A DNA stretch of 64,000 bases from Octopus sinensis (taxonomy: Eukaryota), in NCBI RefSeq assembly GCF_006345805.1, contig NC_043014.1:15438001-15502000 (forward strand), read 5' to 3'. The translations under genes and the position numbers were made by a program. Each line of letters starts with the position of its first letter. Position 1 is the first letter of the stretch. The notes below the pieces were generated by a model, which ran no database searches, had not been told where the DNA came from, and was given only the letters and a program-made list of their open reading frames with translations. This document shows positions 25,445 through 37,602 of the stretch, piece after piece.

Positions 25445-25778
25445 AGTTATACCTCAACTTACGTCGTTTCGAGTTACGTTTTTTTTCTCGATTTTACGCC
25501 GCTTTTTGAAAGAAATAAACAGAAAAAATAAAATCCCCAAGTTTAGTCGATTTATCCCACTTTACGTCCATCTCAGCGAACATAAATAAAAGCATAAAAA
25601 TTTTTGAAAAACACGTAAAAAAAGAAAATAGTGAAGTTGAATATCAAATAATATACACGTGAAAATATGTACAAACTATTTATTAAAACAGTTATAAATT
25701 AATAAAGTTTTTAAAATGTTTTTCGAGTTAAATTGTATGTCTTGGAACTAATTATCGACATAAGTTGAGGCATGCCTG
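25445..25778. mobile_element. Tigger/pogo-like MITE
   Basis: atacctcaacttacgtcg versus cgacataagttgaggcat inverted ends; right end reads CAGGCATGCCTC. Confidence 0.55.
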
Positions 25779-26914
25779 TGTATTGACGACGTAAAGCGAA
25801 GCGCGATCATCACAAGGGAAGCGCAAAAGGCAAAAGTAATAATGAGAAAACGCGAAAAACAAACAGGATCAGTAGGTCGACTCGCCGGGTAGCTTTCTCA
25901 GGCTCTTAAAGACATGCATCAGAAGAATGATTAAAAAAAAGGAAGAAGTAAAAATAGATAGACTTGTAGGGGGTCAAATTAGTCAAAACAAACATTACAC
26001 ACACACACACACCCAAAACACAAACAATTCCAGGACATTGCTCTTGAAAATTTAAAAATAAAATGAGTCTAGTCAAAACAAAAGCGCACACGGACACACA
26101 CACACGTTTTCACATATAAACTCTATTTTCAAAGTCAAACAAGCCTTGTAAAATTACACACACACACACACACACATACACAGAGGATATCGGAACACAA
26201 TTTTAAGGAAAAAATAACAAATATAAATAAACGTTATTTTTTTACTCTACCTTGTAAGTTATTCCCTTTTGTTTGATTTCTTCTTATCAATGTTATTTAA
26301 TCTAATTAGTGCAGTCGTTAATTAGAAGGTTATTTAATTTCTTTTCCCTTCTTTTCTTTTCCTTTTGTTTTGAAGCCCTCAACTGCCACTTAATTAAAAG
26401 CTAATCACAGTTCGTCAACCTTTATGAGTGAAGTAAGGAGAGAGAGACACGGCATTTACACCAAAAGGAAAAAACAAAAACTTTTTCTCCTGTTCTCTGA
26501 GAGTAACAGTAGTACAAGTAATAGTAATAATAATGATAATACTAATAATAATGTTTGTTTTTTCTTTTTGTCTTTCTTTTATTCTTTCTTTCTTTCTAAA
26601 ATGCACTGGGTTTATCAATTTGTAAATAAGAAGTGAGCAGCGTGTTGTCGATTGCTTGGTGGCGTGTGTATACTAACCATTTTTGGCTAACCATGTTTTA
26701 GCTGCAGTACCATGTGCTTACTCATGCTGGATAATAAATATACGTAGAGAACAACAACAACAACAATAACAACTAACTCTCTCCTCTTTTACAAACAGGC
26801 TATTTTTGGCTGCAGCTTAGAAAGAAGTCTCCCGAGCCAGCAAACACTATACAGCACACCAAACGCTCACACATTGACTGTACATTCACACACAAATACA
26901 TATATACATACTAG

Positions 26915-26946
<32 letters not shown>

Positions 26947-27334
26947 CTGTTCTTTCGTCACACTTACATCTTCCTAGATTACGTACACCACCACACAAAA
27001 TACACACACACTCACACAGAAAGACTCGTATTCAAACACATATATACACACACTCGCACTCATTGCTAATTATAAACCAAACTAGTCGCAATCTGTTCAA
27101 GACTGGGACATTGAACACAACACTTACGAACGAAAGGAACTGGCATACACACGAGGATAAACTTATCTTATTTATTTGTTTTATTTATTTATTTATACAT
27201 AAACTACATGTTTGTGTGTATATATGTGTGTGTGTCAGTGAGAGAAAGATATACACAGAGTAAAAGATATACACAGATTATACACGCGTACGAGAAATCT
27301 TATAACGAACTTTGGCAAGAATACACATACATAT

Positions 27335-27745
27335 TCTTTTACTCTTTTACCTTGTTTCAGTCATTTGGCTGCGGCCATACTGGAGCACCACCTTAAAGGT
27401 TTTTTTTTTTTAGTCGAAGAAATCTGCTCCAGGACTTATTCTTTTCCAAGCCTAATACTTATTCTACCGCTGTCTTTTGCCGAACCGCTAAGTTTCGGGG
27501 GACATAAGCACACCCATCAAAGGTTATTAAGCGATGGCGGTGGTGGTGGTGAGGAAACACAGACACGCATAAATACATATATATATATATATACGGGCTT
27601 CTTTCAGTTTCCGTCTACCTAATCCGCTCACAATGCTTTGGTCGGCCCAAGCAATTGTAGAAGACACTTGCCCAGGGTGTCATGCAATGAGACTGAGCCC
27701 GGAACCATGTGGTTGGGAAGCAAACCACATAGCCACGCCTGCGCA
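27335..27745 (-). mobile_element. SINE family A
   Basis: Matches family consensus. Confidence 0.85.
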
Positions 27746-27770
27746 TATATATATATATATATATATATAT

Positions 27771-27980
27771 TTCGGAGATGTACTCGCATAGCAAGTAATT
27801 TGATCTGAGATCGTGTGCTGAAACGAAAACAATTGCAGCGTGGAAGGTGTTTATAAGCCATTTAAGAAACACACAAAAGCCGTTCGATTCACTTCAACAT
27901 TTAAGTTTAATTTGTCAAAATATTTTCGTCGCTAAAATCCGCGACCTGTTCACTGACAAAGTCCGTGCTGTATCTCCGTG
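27771..27980 (-). mobile_element. (TA)n-embedded short Penelope-like-derived element
   Basis: (TA)n on both sides, short inverted termini cggagat/atctccg, hammerhead fold inside. Confidence 0.55.
27911..27960 (-). ncRNA. Type I minimal hammerhead-like motif with G3:C8 core variant
   Basis: uuuguca GUGAACA g gucgc(ggauuuua)gcgac GAA AAUAUU U ugacaaa; helix I 7 bp, helix II 5 bp, palindromic helix III. Confidence 0.55.
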
Positions 27981-29149
27981 TATATATATATATATATATA
28001 TGGATGTTCTTGTAATCAACTCTGTATTTGAAAGTCTGGATCTGTTTGGCTGCCAAAATTTCAAAACTCAAAGTTTGTTGAAAATTTTAAAATTTGGTAC
28101 ATTAATGTAGTTTTCCAAGCTGAACAGCTGGAGTTATTTCACTTTTCCCAGAAAATAAAAAAAAGTTATTGAGGTTTAAAGTTTTAGCATTTTCACCTAG
28201 TCAGGAAACAGGATTTGGTAGCTGTCATTTTGTGCGTGACTGCACATTTTGGCAACATCCTGAAAATAGCACTTGTGTTTTTATATGAAACCGTAAACAA
28301 ATGAATTACGCACGACATTTAACACATCATAACTTTTTTTATTTTTTGGAATTTTCAGAAAATTTTTGTTAATATACTACACGCGGGACTTATACGATTA
28401 TGCTAAAAAAACTGTGGAAGTGTATGATTTAAGACCTATTTAGCTGTTATTTTTAGCACACCTCACAACAGCCTCAATGACAGCAAACCGCATCTTCCCC
28501 TGGTGCATGATTTAAGGCCTATTAGGCTGCTTTTATTTTTTTTTAGCACATATGACAACCATCTCAATGACTAAAACATATTAAACAACACGTGCTTCCT
28601 CGCAGACATAAGAGTTCTCATGTTTGGCTTGTTACTATGGAATCAGGTATTAATGTGTATGTGGCTTACGTTTGGCTAAAATTATCCCAAATTTTCAAAC
28701 TTTAATAGCTAGTAACACTTTATTTATTGATTTATGGCGAAAACGATTTTCTTGGCATTGATTAGCATATAAAAGCATATCGTTACACCGAATATGAAAT
28801 CGATTTGAATAGAAATTGAAGAGATTGAAAATTGGCAGCCTAACAGAAAAGATCCAAAAGTTTTCCGCAGTAAACATAAACGTCATTTAAATGGCTCTGC
28901 GGAAGCTATGATGTCAAAAGTTTCTTATAGCAGAAACAGCTGTAAGCAAACGAAAGGGATTACGTTACTCTTGTTCTTTTTGTCATTCGTTAACTGAAAT
29001 TACGCTACGTGCTCTCTTGATGGTTTTCTCGAAAGTAAAAAATAATAGTTCTTAGTTTCGCCATGCCTAAACGAAATCATAATACATACATACATACATG
29101 TGTGTGTGTGTGTGTGCGTGCGTGTGTGTGTGTGTGTGGTGTGCGTATG

Positions 29150-29265
29150 TGTGTGTGTTTCTCTCCATTGTTTTCTTTTCTGTATAAGATCATAGGCTCG
29201 AAACGTCGAAGACTTCCGTTTTTCCTGAGCGTCAAACTAATACACATTGTTTGTTGTTCCTTCAC
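29150..29265 (+). mobile_element. Penelope-like-derived short repeat, sibling of 8110-8282
   Basis: ggctcgaaacgtcgaagact...cctgagcgtcaaactaatacacattgtttg. Confidence 0.55.
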
Positions 29266-29902
29266 TTGGCTCTGCTTCAGTCATCTGCTTTTAGCACAAT
29301 TTCGAATTACACACACACATTTTCACACCGGTCGCGTAACCGATCGATCGTAAATTCTCTAGTCCCCACTGGTACCCGTCTGGCTATTTGTTACCTTTCT
29401 AATCCTTTAGGATTGCCCTCTAAGCGTTACCTACCATTCGTTTATCTTTTGGTCCTAAGGCTGTATTCTGTTTGTTTCCTATTTATTTTGTCTTTGTCCT
29501 TCGTCCATCGTTTTGAATTACATTTATTCACTTTCGTATGTCTACTTCTATATTGCCTGTTATCCATGTGTTGCTTGTTCTCAGTCCAATATTCTCCGCA
29601 ACTTTCGCAGGCACCGCCAGTATGGGAAGTATCATCTCAGTTTTGTCATTAATCGTGCGAAACTGAGTAATACTATCTGGTTGAAAACTGATGAAGAATT
29701 GAGGGCCTTTCTATGTCTGTCTTCCGACCATTTGTGCACTCAGGATACGTTTTTCCATTCGTCTGTGCATTCAATACACGATTTTTAAAATTTATTTTTC
29801 GTTTATGCATTTACTATACATTCCCCCGCCCCACAGAACTAGACAAACAGGTATAGTTGATAGATACACACACATATACATGCGTATGTATGTATGTATG
29901 TA

Positions 29903-30298
29903 TCTCTTTTACTTGTTTCAGTCATTTGACTGCAGCCATGCTGGAGCACTACCTTTAGTCAAGCAAATCGATCCCAGGATTTATTCTTTGTAAGCCTAGT
30001 ACTTATTTTATCGGTCTCTTTTGCCAAACCGCTAAGTTACGGGGACGTAAACACACCAGCATCGGTTATCAATCGATGTCGGGGGGACAAACACAGACAC
30101 ACAAACACACACACATATATACACATATACATATATACGACGGGCTTCTTTCAATTTCCGTCTACCAAATCCACTCACAAGGCTTTGGTCGGCCCGAGGC
30201 TATAGTAGAAGACACTTGCCCAAGGTGCCACGCAGTGGGACTGAACCCAGAACCATGTGGTTGGTAAGCAAGCTACTTACCGCAGAGCAACTCCTGTA
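29903..30298 (-). mobile_element. SINE family A, full length
   Basis: Matches family consensus. Confidence 0.9.
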
Positions 30299-31169
30299 TG
30301 TATAAAAATGAACAATATCTATGAACAAAAGGCAGAAAAGACAGTAGTGGATACCATTAAGTAAAGCTGTATATTTTATAGAATGCTGATCTTACATGGA
30401 ATGGTTTTTGGATTTCTTATTAAATCGATTGCTATGAAAGTGAATACTCAACAATATCCCATCGTCATCTTTTCTCCGAATATATATTTTTTTAATCCTA
30501 TCATTCATCCTTGAGCAGAATACTGTTATCACATCCGGGTTTCTCTTCTGCTTGCATTCTTTCTCTTCTTGGTCAAGTGATTAAAAAAAAACCCCTGAGT
30601 TTCTAAATTTATTGGTTCCGTTTTGGCAGTTAAACTTCAACCCCCACGATCGTTTTTCTGCTAAATCTTGTTTTTGTTTTTATCTTGACTCGTCTTTCTA
30701 CTAATTCACGTCCTTTTGCCGGTGTTGTCCCCTATTTTAAGGAAATTTTAAATGTCTAATTCTAGTAGTTTCTCTCCTCAAAATATCTGTCTTGTGGAAC
30801 TCTCTTCTTTAATGTTTCGCTGATCGATATAATTTTAATTATCTAAAATCGTATATTGGTCGTTTTATGTTTCCTTTTCGGGTAAAATTCAACAACAAAA
30901 GCATTTGATAACATCATGCAGTAAAGTAAGGATCAATTGGTTGTCAGCTTCAAATTCGTTATCTTCAGGGCCTTCTCATTTTGTAGGAGAGATATGGATC
31001 TTGACAGCGCTGGATTAACCATTAAGCAAAATAAGTGCTTACGGTATGAAGAGGTGGGGGAGGGCACCACAGAAATGATAAATGGTTTACGGCAAAAAAT
31101 AAATCACTTGAAGCTTCCTAAAATAACATTCGAAGTGGTTTATGTGATCGGAAATATAATTTCGAAGTA

Positions 31170-31372
31170 CAGTTCTATATTTAAGATATGAGGAATTATG
31201 TACATTATTTGTATTCGACGGATATTTGTCCTCATCTTGTTTGTTGTTAAACACAACGTTTCAGCTGATATACCCTCCAGCCTTCATCAGGTGTCTTGGG
31301 GAAATTTCGAACCTGGGTCTCATTCTTAAGGTATGAGAACCCAGGAATGAGTTCTCATTCCTAAGGTATGGA
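31170..31372 (-). mobile_element. Short Penelope-like-derived element with hammerhead and mini-inversion
   Basis: Related to 8810-8935; hammerhead 31249-31296; inverted segment 31312-31345. Confidence 0.55.
31249..31296 (-). ncRNA. Type I minimal hammerhead ribozyme motif, canonical core
   Basis: agacac CUGAUGA a ggcug(gaggguauau)cagcu GAA ACGU U guguuu. Confidence 0.65.
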
Positions 31373-31410
31373 ATGTGATAAAAATAGTGGTGATGAGTTG
31401 TCTAGGTAGA

Positions 31411-31643
31411 TCTTAATGGTAAAAATTCCAAATCCTTGGATGACGTAAAAAGATACCTTGATGAATTCTTTGCCATGAAACCACCTCAATTCTGGGAAGA
31501 GGGTAGTTTCAAGTTAAAGGAAAGATGGAGATGCATTGTGCAACAAAATGGTTCATATTTGGTTGATTAAAAATGTAATGGCAAGTATTTATTGACCTTT
31601 TTCTTAGCTTTAAAAATCGGCACGAACTTTCCGGACAACCCAA
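31411..31643 (+). mobile_element. Mariner 3' fragment with right TIR
   Basis: DDVKRYLDEFFAMKPPQFWEEG...RWRCIVQQNGSYLVD*; TIR gaactttccggacaacccaa followed by TA. Confidence 0.85.
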
Positions 31644-31644
31644 T

Positions 31645-31803
31645 AGTTGGCTTTAGAAAAGGTATCCAAACATAGAAACCACGAAACCATGGCAAAGCAG
31701 ACATAAGAACATAAGCACGATGCAGTCCTTGGACCCGTGGATCAAATCAAGCCGCTCGACAAATGCCAGCACGGAATATGGACCTTAAATGATGATGATG
31801 ATG
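31645..31803 (+). mobile_element. Family C-related repeat
   Basis: gttggctttagaaaaggtatcca...aaatgatgatgatg. Confidence 0.55.
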
Positions 31804-32514
31804 TGATGGTAATGGAGCTGGTGCTGGTGGCGACGGTGGTGCAGTGTATTCCAATTGCTCCTTGTAACTCTGTGGTGAGCCGTGGTAAAGTGGTGTTGTT
31901 CTATAATTAGTATATCAGTGGGAGTCGTGGAGTTTACAACTTTCACATTTTTCAAAGGAACTTATAAATCATATTGACCGTCAGTAGTTTACGGTTTGTT
32001 ATGAATAAGAAAGCTTTTAACGTTATAGTTTTTGCAACATATTATTAGTGTTAGTTTATGGTTTGGAACTTTTTATTTTAATAATATTTTCATATATTTT
32101 ATAGCTAATATGTTAGTAATCTATATAAAATATTTTATGTGTGGCTTGAACGTTTTTAATAGATCTGGTCTCTGATGCGTTTGCTGCGTGGTATTTTTGT
32201 TTGTATTGTTCTTTGGCATGTTTTATTAGTTCTTTTATTTATTTTCAGAATAGCCAATGTTGACTGGTGCTTGTTTATCCCGTGGATTCGTTTGTCAGGG
32301 AGGGATTCAGAACTGGACAAATAAAAACTGCAAACAGTACAAATGCAACTCCTTTCTGGACACTCAAATAACAGATGCATGACGTCCGTTTTACACTTAA
32401 AGCACAAACGGAAACAGAGAAATATCCATAGAAATACAAAATTTCAGTGGGAAAATCCCAACTTAGAAATATCATCCACCACAAAGTGAAGAATTAGGTA
32501 AAGAAATGCTTTTC

Positions 32515-32860
32515 CTTTTACTTGTTCCATCACAACCGAATTGCGGCCATGCTAGAGCACCGCCTTGAAAGGTTTTTAGTTGAATAAATCGACTCCAGTT
32601 CTTATGTTTTTCTATCTTTAACCTTGGTGCTAATTCTATCGATCTCTTTGGTCTGAACTGCTAAGCTACAGGGAGGTAAATAAACAACATCAGCTGCCAA
32701 GGTGAGTGTAGGATTGACAAACACACACACACACACATATGTATGTGACGGGATTCCACACAGTTTCCGTCTACCAGATCTGCTCACGGGGCTATAGTAG
32801 AAGATACTTGTTCAGGGAACTGAATGCGAAACCAAGTGGTTGGGATTCATTCCCCACCTA
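32515..32860 (-). mobile_element. SINE family A, degenerate
   Basis: Tail and body recognisable. Confidence 0.65.
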
Positions 32861-33005
32861 TCACCGTTTGTATTGTGTTGTCCCCTCCCCCCACGTCATT
32901 GTCACGACCATCCACACTCCAACACCAACCAGCATCTACGAATCCCTTACACACACACATACACACACACACACACACACACAGATCCTGTCCCATCCCA
33001 GCATG

Positions 33006-33297
33006 GGATCTTTTCGGTTTGAACGGCAGTTTTTAAAAATAATTTCTGCAATTTCAACCAATCAATGACGTCTATTGAGGTGAAAACATTCTGTGCCGTA
33101 TTAATATGTCCCTCGTTTAAGAAACAGATTGGGTTTATTTACATTTCTGAAGAAAAAAAAAGGTACCCTTCCCCCACCCCTAATCCTAACCCTAAAACAG
33201 ATTGAAATGCAATAGATCGATACTAGGGTCATAATTATGGGTGACAATTTCATATGACACCGCTAGAAAAAAACTGCCGTTCAAACCGAAAAGATCC
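33006..33297 (-). mobile_element. GGATC-TIR MITE, copy 2 (internally deleted)
   Basis: Same TIRs; perfect TSD ccagcatg at 32998-33005 and 33298-33305. Confidence 0.9.
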
Positions 33298-33869
33298 CCA
33301 GCATGATGTACCGCCTCCCTCAGCTGATAGTCTAAGTATCCTTACGGCGATATTCGCGGATCACATGGTTTCTCAAGCTGCTAGAAATGGCAGTCGTATC
33401 TCACTAAAATTACATGCTGTTGGCTTTAAAGAGAACGAAAGACATTTGGATGACAAGGATTTGAAATCACTAGCGTAACTTGAGTGTCTGCTGTCCGGTG
33501 GGGCTAACTAAAGGGCTGCCCCCAGGCCCCTACAAAAAATACATATTGGCTACAGCAGACCCAAAAGTGGTGCCCTCTTCATAAAAGTGCCGCTTGGGGT
33601 AGACCGCTCCCTTCTCCCCCTCTCCCCGAAATGTACTGTTACCTGGGAAATGCGACGTGATGGTCTCGACTGAAACACCTTTAAGGTTTATTCCAAGACT
33701 GGGTAACGGTTTTTCGAGAAGTGGGCCGCATGAGGCCGCAATCGGACCATAACTGGTCCACTCGACTAGGGCTAAACAACAACAGTAACGACAGCCTCCC
33801 GGTTGTTTCTGAATCATCTACCTCCCATCTCTTTGTGCGGCAGTAGCTCCTGTTGCTTTGATGTCTCTC

Positions 33870-34365
33870 ACCACCACCACCACCATCACCATCACCATCA
33901 CCACCACCACCACCACCACTAACATTTTACACCATCATCATTATCATCATCACCACTACCATCACGCCCATTGCCTCCACCACCACCACCACCACCACCA
34001 CCATCAACATCACCACTACCACCATCAACATCACCACCACCACCACCACCATCATCACTACTACAACCATCACTACCACCACCACCACTAACATTTTACA
34101 CCATCATCATCACCACCACCATCACGCCCACTGCCTCCACCACCACCACCACCACCACCAACATCGCCACTACCACCACCACCACTATCACCATCATCAC
34201 TACTACAACCATCACCATCACTACCACCACCACCACTAACATTTTACACCATCATCATTATCATCATCACCACCACCACCACTAACATTCTACACCATCA
34301 TCACCACCACCATCACCATCACCACCACCACTATCATCATCACCACCACCACCACCACCGCTATT
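33870..34365. repeat. (CAC/CAT) trinucleotide array with higher-order unit
   Basis: actaacatt(t)tacaccatcatca recurs four times. Confidence 0.9.
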
Positions 34366-34502
34366 TCACGCCTATCCCTCCCCCCTCCCTCCCTACGTAC
34401 GCAACACTTTTACTACACACTGCATGTCTCTCAGTGGAAGTAGGAAGCGTGAAAGAGATAAAGATAGAAAAAAGCCTGTTTAGATAGCAAATCTTTTTAT
34501 TT

Positions 34503-34535
<33 letters not shown>

Positions 34536-34849
34536 TATTTACTTATTTATTTATCTATTTATTTCTTCCAGAAGTGTGAATCAGCAGGGTCGGTATTCTT
34601 GCATACGTACGTGTATAATAACCTCTCTCATTCTCTCTCTCACCACTCTTTTTTCTTTCTCTTCATCTCTGGTTTACTGCCGCCGCCGCCGCCGTCGCAG
34701 ATGCTGTTGTTGTTGTTGTTGTTGTTGCTACTACTACTGCGAAGAAAGATGTGTCTTGTCTGACTGCTGTTCCGGTTCAGAGGTTCACGGAGTGCAGCCA
34801 AGATGTTCAGTTCGAGCTAGAATCACAGTCACCTGCATTTTTTTTTCTT

Positions 34850-35225
34850 ATTACTCTTTTACTGGTTTGGCAGTCATTGGATTGCGGTCAGGCTGGAGCA
34901 CCGACACGAAGGGCTATAAACGCACACACACACACACACACACACATGCATGCATACGAGGCACATGTATGGCTGTGTGGCTAAGAAGCTCGCTTTGCAA
35001 GTTGCAGAGACATAATCAAACCAACATAGATTGTCAAGCAATGGTGGGCGACAAGCACACACACACACATATGCTATATATGCGACGGGCTTCTTTCAGT
35101 TTCCGTCTACCAAATCCACTCCCAAAGCTTTGATCAGCCTGAGGCTATAACAGAAGACACTTGCCCAAGGTGCCATGCATTGGGATTGAACCCAGAACCA
35201 TTTGGTTTGGAAGCAAGCTTCCTGA
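34850..35225 (-). mobile_element. SINE family A
   Basis: Matches family consensus. Confidence 0.8.
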
Positions 35226-35312
35226 CCTTGAGAAAAGAAAAGAACTGAATTTCTAATCTATTATTTTATATTCAACAGTTAAGCCGCAATGTCACATCAA
35301 TAACAAAATGAA

Positions 35313-35474
35313 GAAGGAGTGGCTGTGTGGTAAGTAGCTTGCTAACCAACCACATGGTTCCGGGTTCAGTCCCACTGCGTGGCATCTTGGGCAAGTGTCT
35401 TCTGCTATAGCCTCGGGCCGACCAATGCCTTGTGAGTGGATTTGGTAGACGGAAACTGAAAGAAGCCTGTCGTA

Positions 35475-35515
<41 letters not shown>

Positions 35516-35720
35516 TTGTGTGTCTGTGTTTGTCCCCCTAGCATTGCTTGACAACCGATGCTGGTGTGTTTACGTCCCCGTCACTTAGCGGTTCGGCAAA
35601 AGAGACCGATAGAATAAGTACTGGGCTTACAAAAGAATAAGTCCTGGGGTCGAGTTGCTCGATTAAAGGCGGTGCTCCAGCATGGCCGCAGTCAAATGAC
35701 TGATACAAAAAGAATAAAAA
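35313..35720 (+). mobile_element. SINE family A, near consensus
   Basis: Matches family consensus. Confidence 0.9.
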
Positions 35721-35854
35721 AAAAAAGAATAAAGATGAAGGCGGCACAAATGTAAGGTTTCGTCCCAAACGAGGCTTGAGTCAGTCCTCTGTAGCAGAAA
35801 AGACTACAAAGAAGGAAAAAAAGGGTTTTACAAATTCAAAAGACGTGGATTGAT

Positions 35855-36145
35855 AGGCGCAGGCGTGGCTGTGTGGAAAGAAGCTTGCTTACCAGCCACA
35901 TGGTTCCGGGTTCAGTCCCATTGCATAGCACCTTGGGCAAGTGCCTTCTACTATTGCTTCAGGGCGACCAAAGCCTCTTGAGTGAATTTGGAAGATGGAA
36001 ACTGAAAGAAGCCCGTCGTATATATGTATGTATCTATGTGTGTGGGTCTTTGTGTCTGTGCTTGTACTCTCACCATCACTTCGCAATCAATGTTGGTGTG
36101 TTTATTTGGTAGACGGAAGGTGAAAGAAGCCCGTCGTATATATGC

Positions 36146-36181
<36 letters not shown>

Positions 36182-36475
36182 ATGTATTTATGTATGTATG
36201 TATATACATACAGGGTGCGGTGAATAAACTATTGTCTAAATTACACAAAAATGTGGGGGGGGGTCTGTGTTTGTCCCCCCATCACTGCTTGACAACCGAT
36301 GCTGGAGTGTTTATATCCTCGTAACTTTAGCGGTTCGACAAAAGAGAACCAATAGAATAAGTACTAGGCTTACAGAGAATAAATTCTGGGGTTGATTTGT
36401 TCGACCAAAACCCTTTAAGGTGGTGCTCCAGCATATCCGCTGTCAAATGAATGAAACAAGTAATAAGAGAATTGA
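35855..36475 (+). mobile_element. SINE family A with internal duplication
   Basis: gaaagaagcccgtcgtatatatg occurs twice (~36004 and 36122). Confidence 0.8.
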
Positions 36476-36647
36476 CAGAAAGCTTAAAGAACTGCAAATG
36501 AAAGGGCAAAAAGAAACAAGATTATGGTAGAGAATTTCAGAGAGTAGAAGTCTGAAGTAAGAAGCTAATACAATTAAAGGACTTATGACTAACATGGGGC
36601 TCAACAGAGAAACAATGTGCCTTGGAAGAGAAGTTTGTAATACATTA

Positions 36648-36800
36648 TTTTCTACTCTAGGTACAAGGCCAGAAATTTTTGGGGAGGGGCCAGTCGATTA
36701 GATCGACCCCAGTACGCAACTGGTACTTAATTTATCGAACCTGAAAGGATGAAAGGCAAAGTTGACCTCGGCGGAATTTGAACTCAGAACGTAAAGGCAG
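36648..36800 (-). mobile_element. SINE family B
   Basis: Core and tail. Confidence 0.8.
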
Positions 36801-36983
36801 ACAAAATAAGCGTGTAACACATTGACACGTTTAAAGGTCTATACTCTTAAAAAACATGTTCACGCCAGCTAGATTTAGGGTTGACTTGGAGGGAAAATCC
36901 TTTAGCTTACGTCCAGTTTGCATTTTATTTTCAGATTAAAGTATACTTTTGGAGTAGTTTCCCATGTAGGAATTAAAGTATTG

Positions 36984-37408
36984 GGATCTTTTCGGTTTGA
37001 ACGGCAGTTTTTAACATAATTTCTAGGTAACTAAAAAATTTTAAACTTCGTATACTGGTCGAATGTGTTTATAAAACATCTTTTTCTCTTGGCTTTCTTG
37101 AGAAAATTCTATAGTTTGTAAGATATTTGTTGTTTTTTTCTTCAATTTCTGCAATTTCAACCAATCACTGACGTCTATTGAGTTAAAAAGCATTATGTGC
37201 CGTATAAATATGTCCTTCGTTTAAGAAACAGATTGGGTTTATTTACATTTGTGAAGAAAAAAAGATACCCTTCCCCCACCCCTAACCTTAACCCTAACTA
37301 ACCCTAAAAGAGATTGAAATGCAATAGATTGATTCTAGGGTTATAATTATGGGTAACAATTTCATATGACACCGCTAGAAAAAACTGCCGTTCAAACCGA
37401 AAAGATCC
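36984..37408 (-). mobile_element. GGATC-TIR MITE, copy 3
   Basis: Same TIRs; perfect TSD aagtattg at 36976-36983 and 37409-37416; internal ccctaac repeats. Confidence 0.9.
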
Positions 37409-37602
37409 AAGTATTGGGCTGGAAAGTAAGTCTTGTGTTTTTGACATGATCATTTTGAGGATTCTTTAAGTACTTAAGTAAAATAAACATTAATTTTTAC
37501 AATCTTACATGATAATGTAAGACAGTATATTGCTTAAGTCGCTCAGGAAAAGATTATCGTGCTAGATATGGAAGTTTTGTCTCATCCTCTTTGTTCTCCT
37601 GA

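Noticed and set aside
29513-29788. 91-aa ORF with protein-like composition
   Set aside because: No recognisable motif or splice context; possibly a retroelement fragment but I cannot support a call.
34690-34832. Minus-strand exon starting at atgcag|gtgact
   Set aside because: The upstream tract is A-rich SINE tail rather than polypyrimidine, and all frames close quickly.
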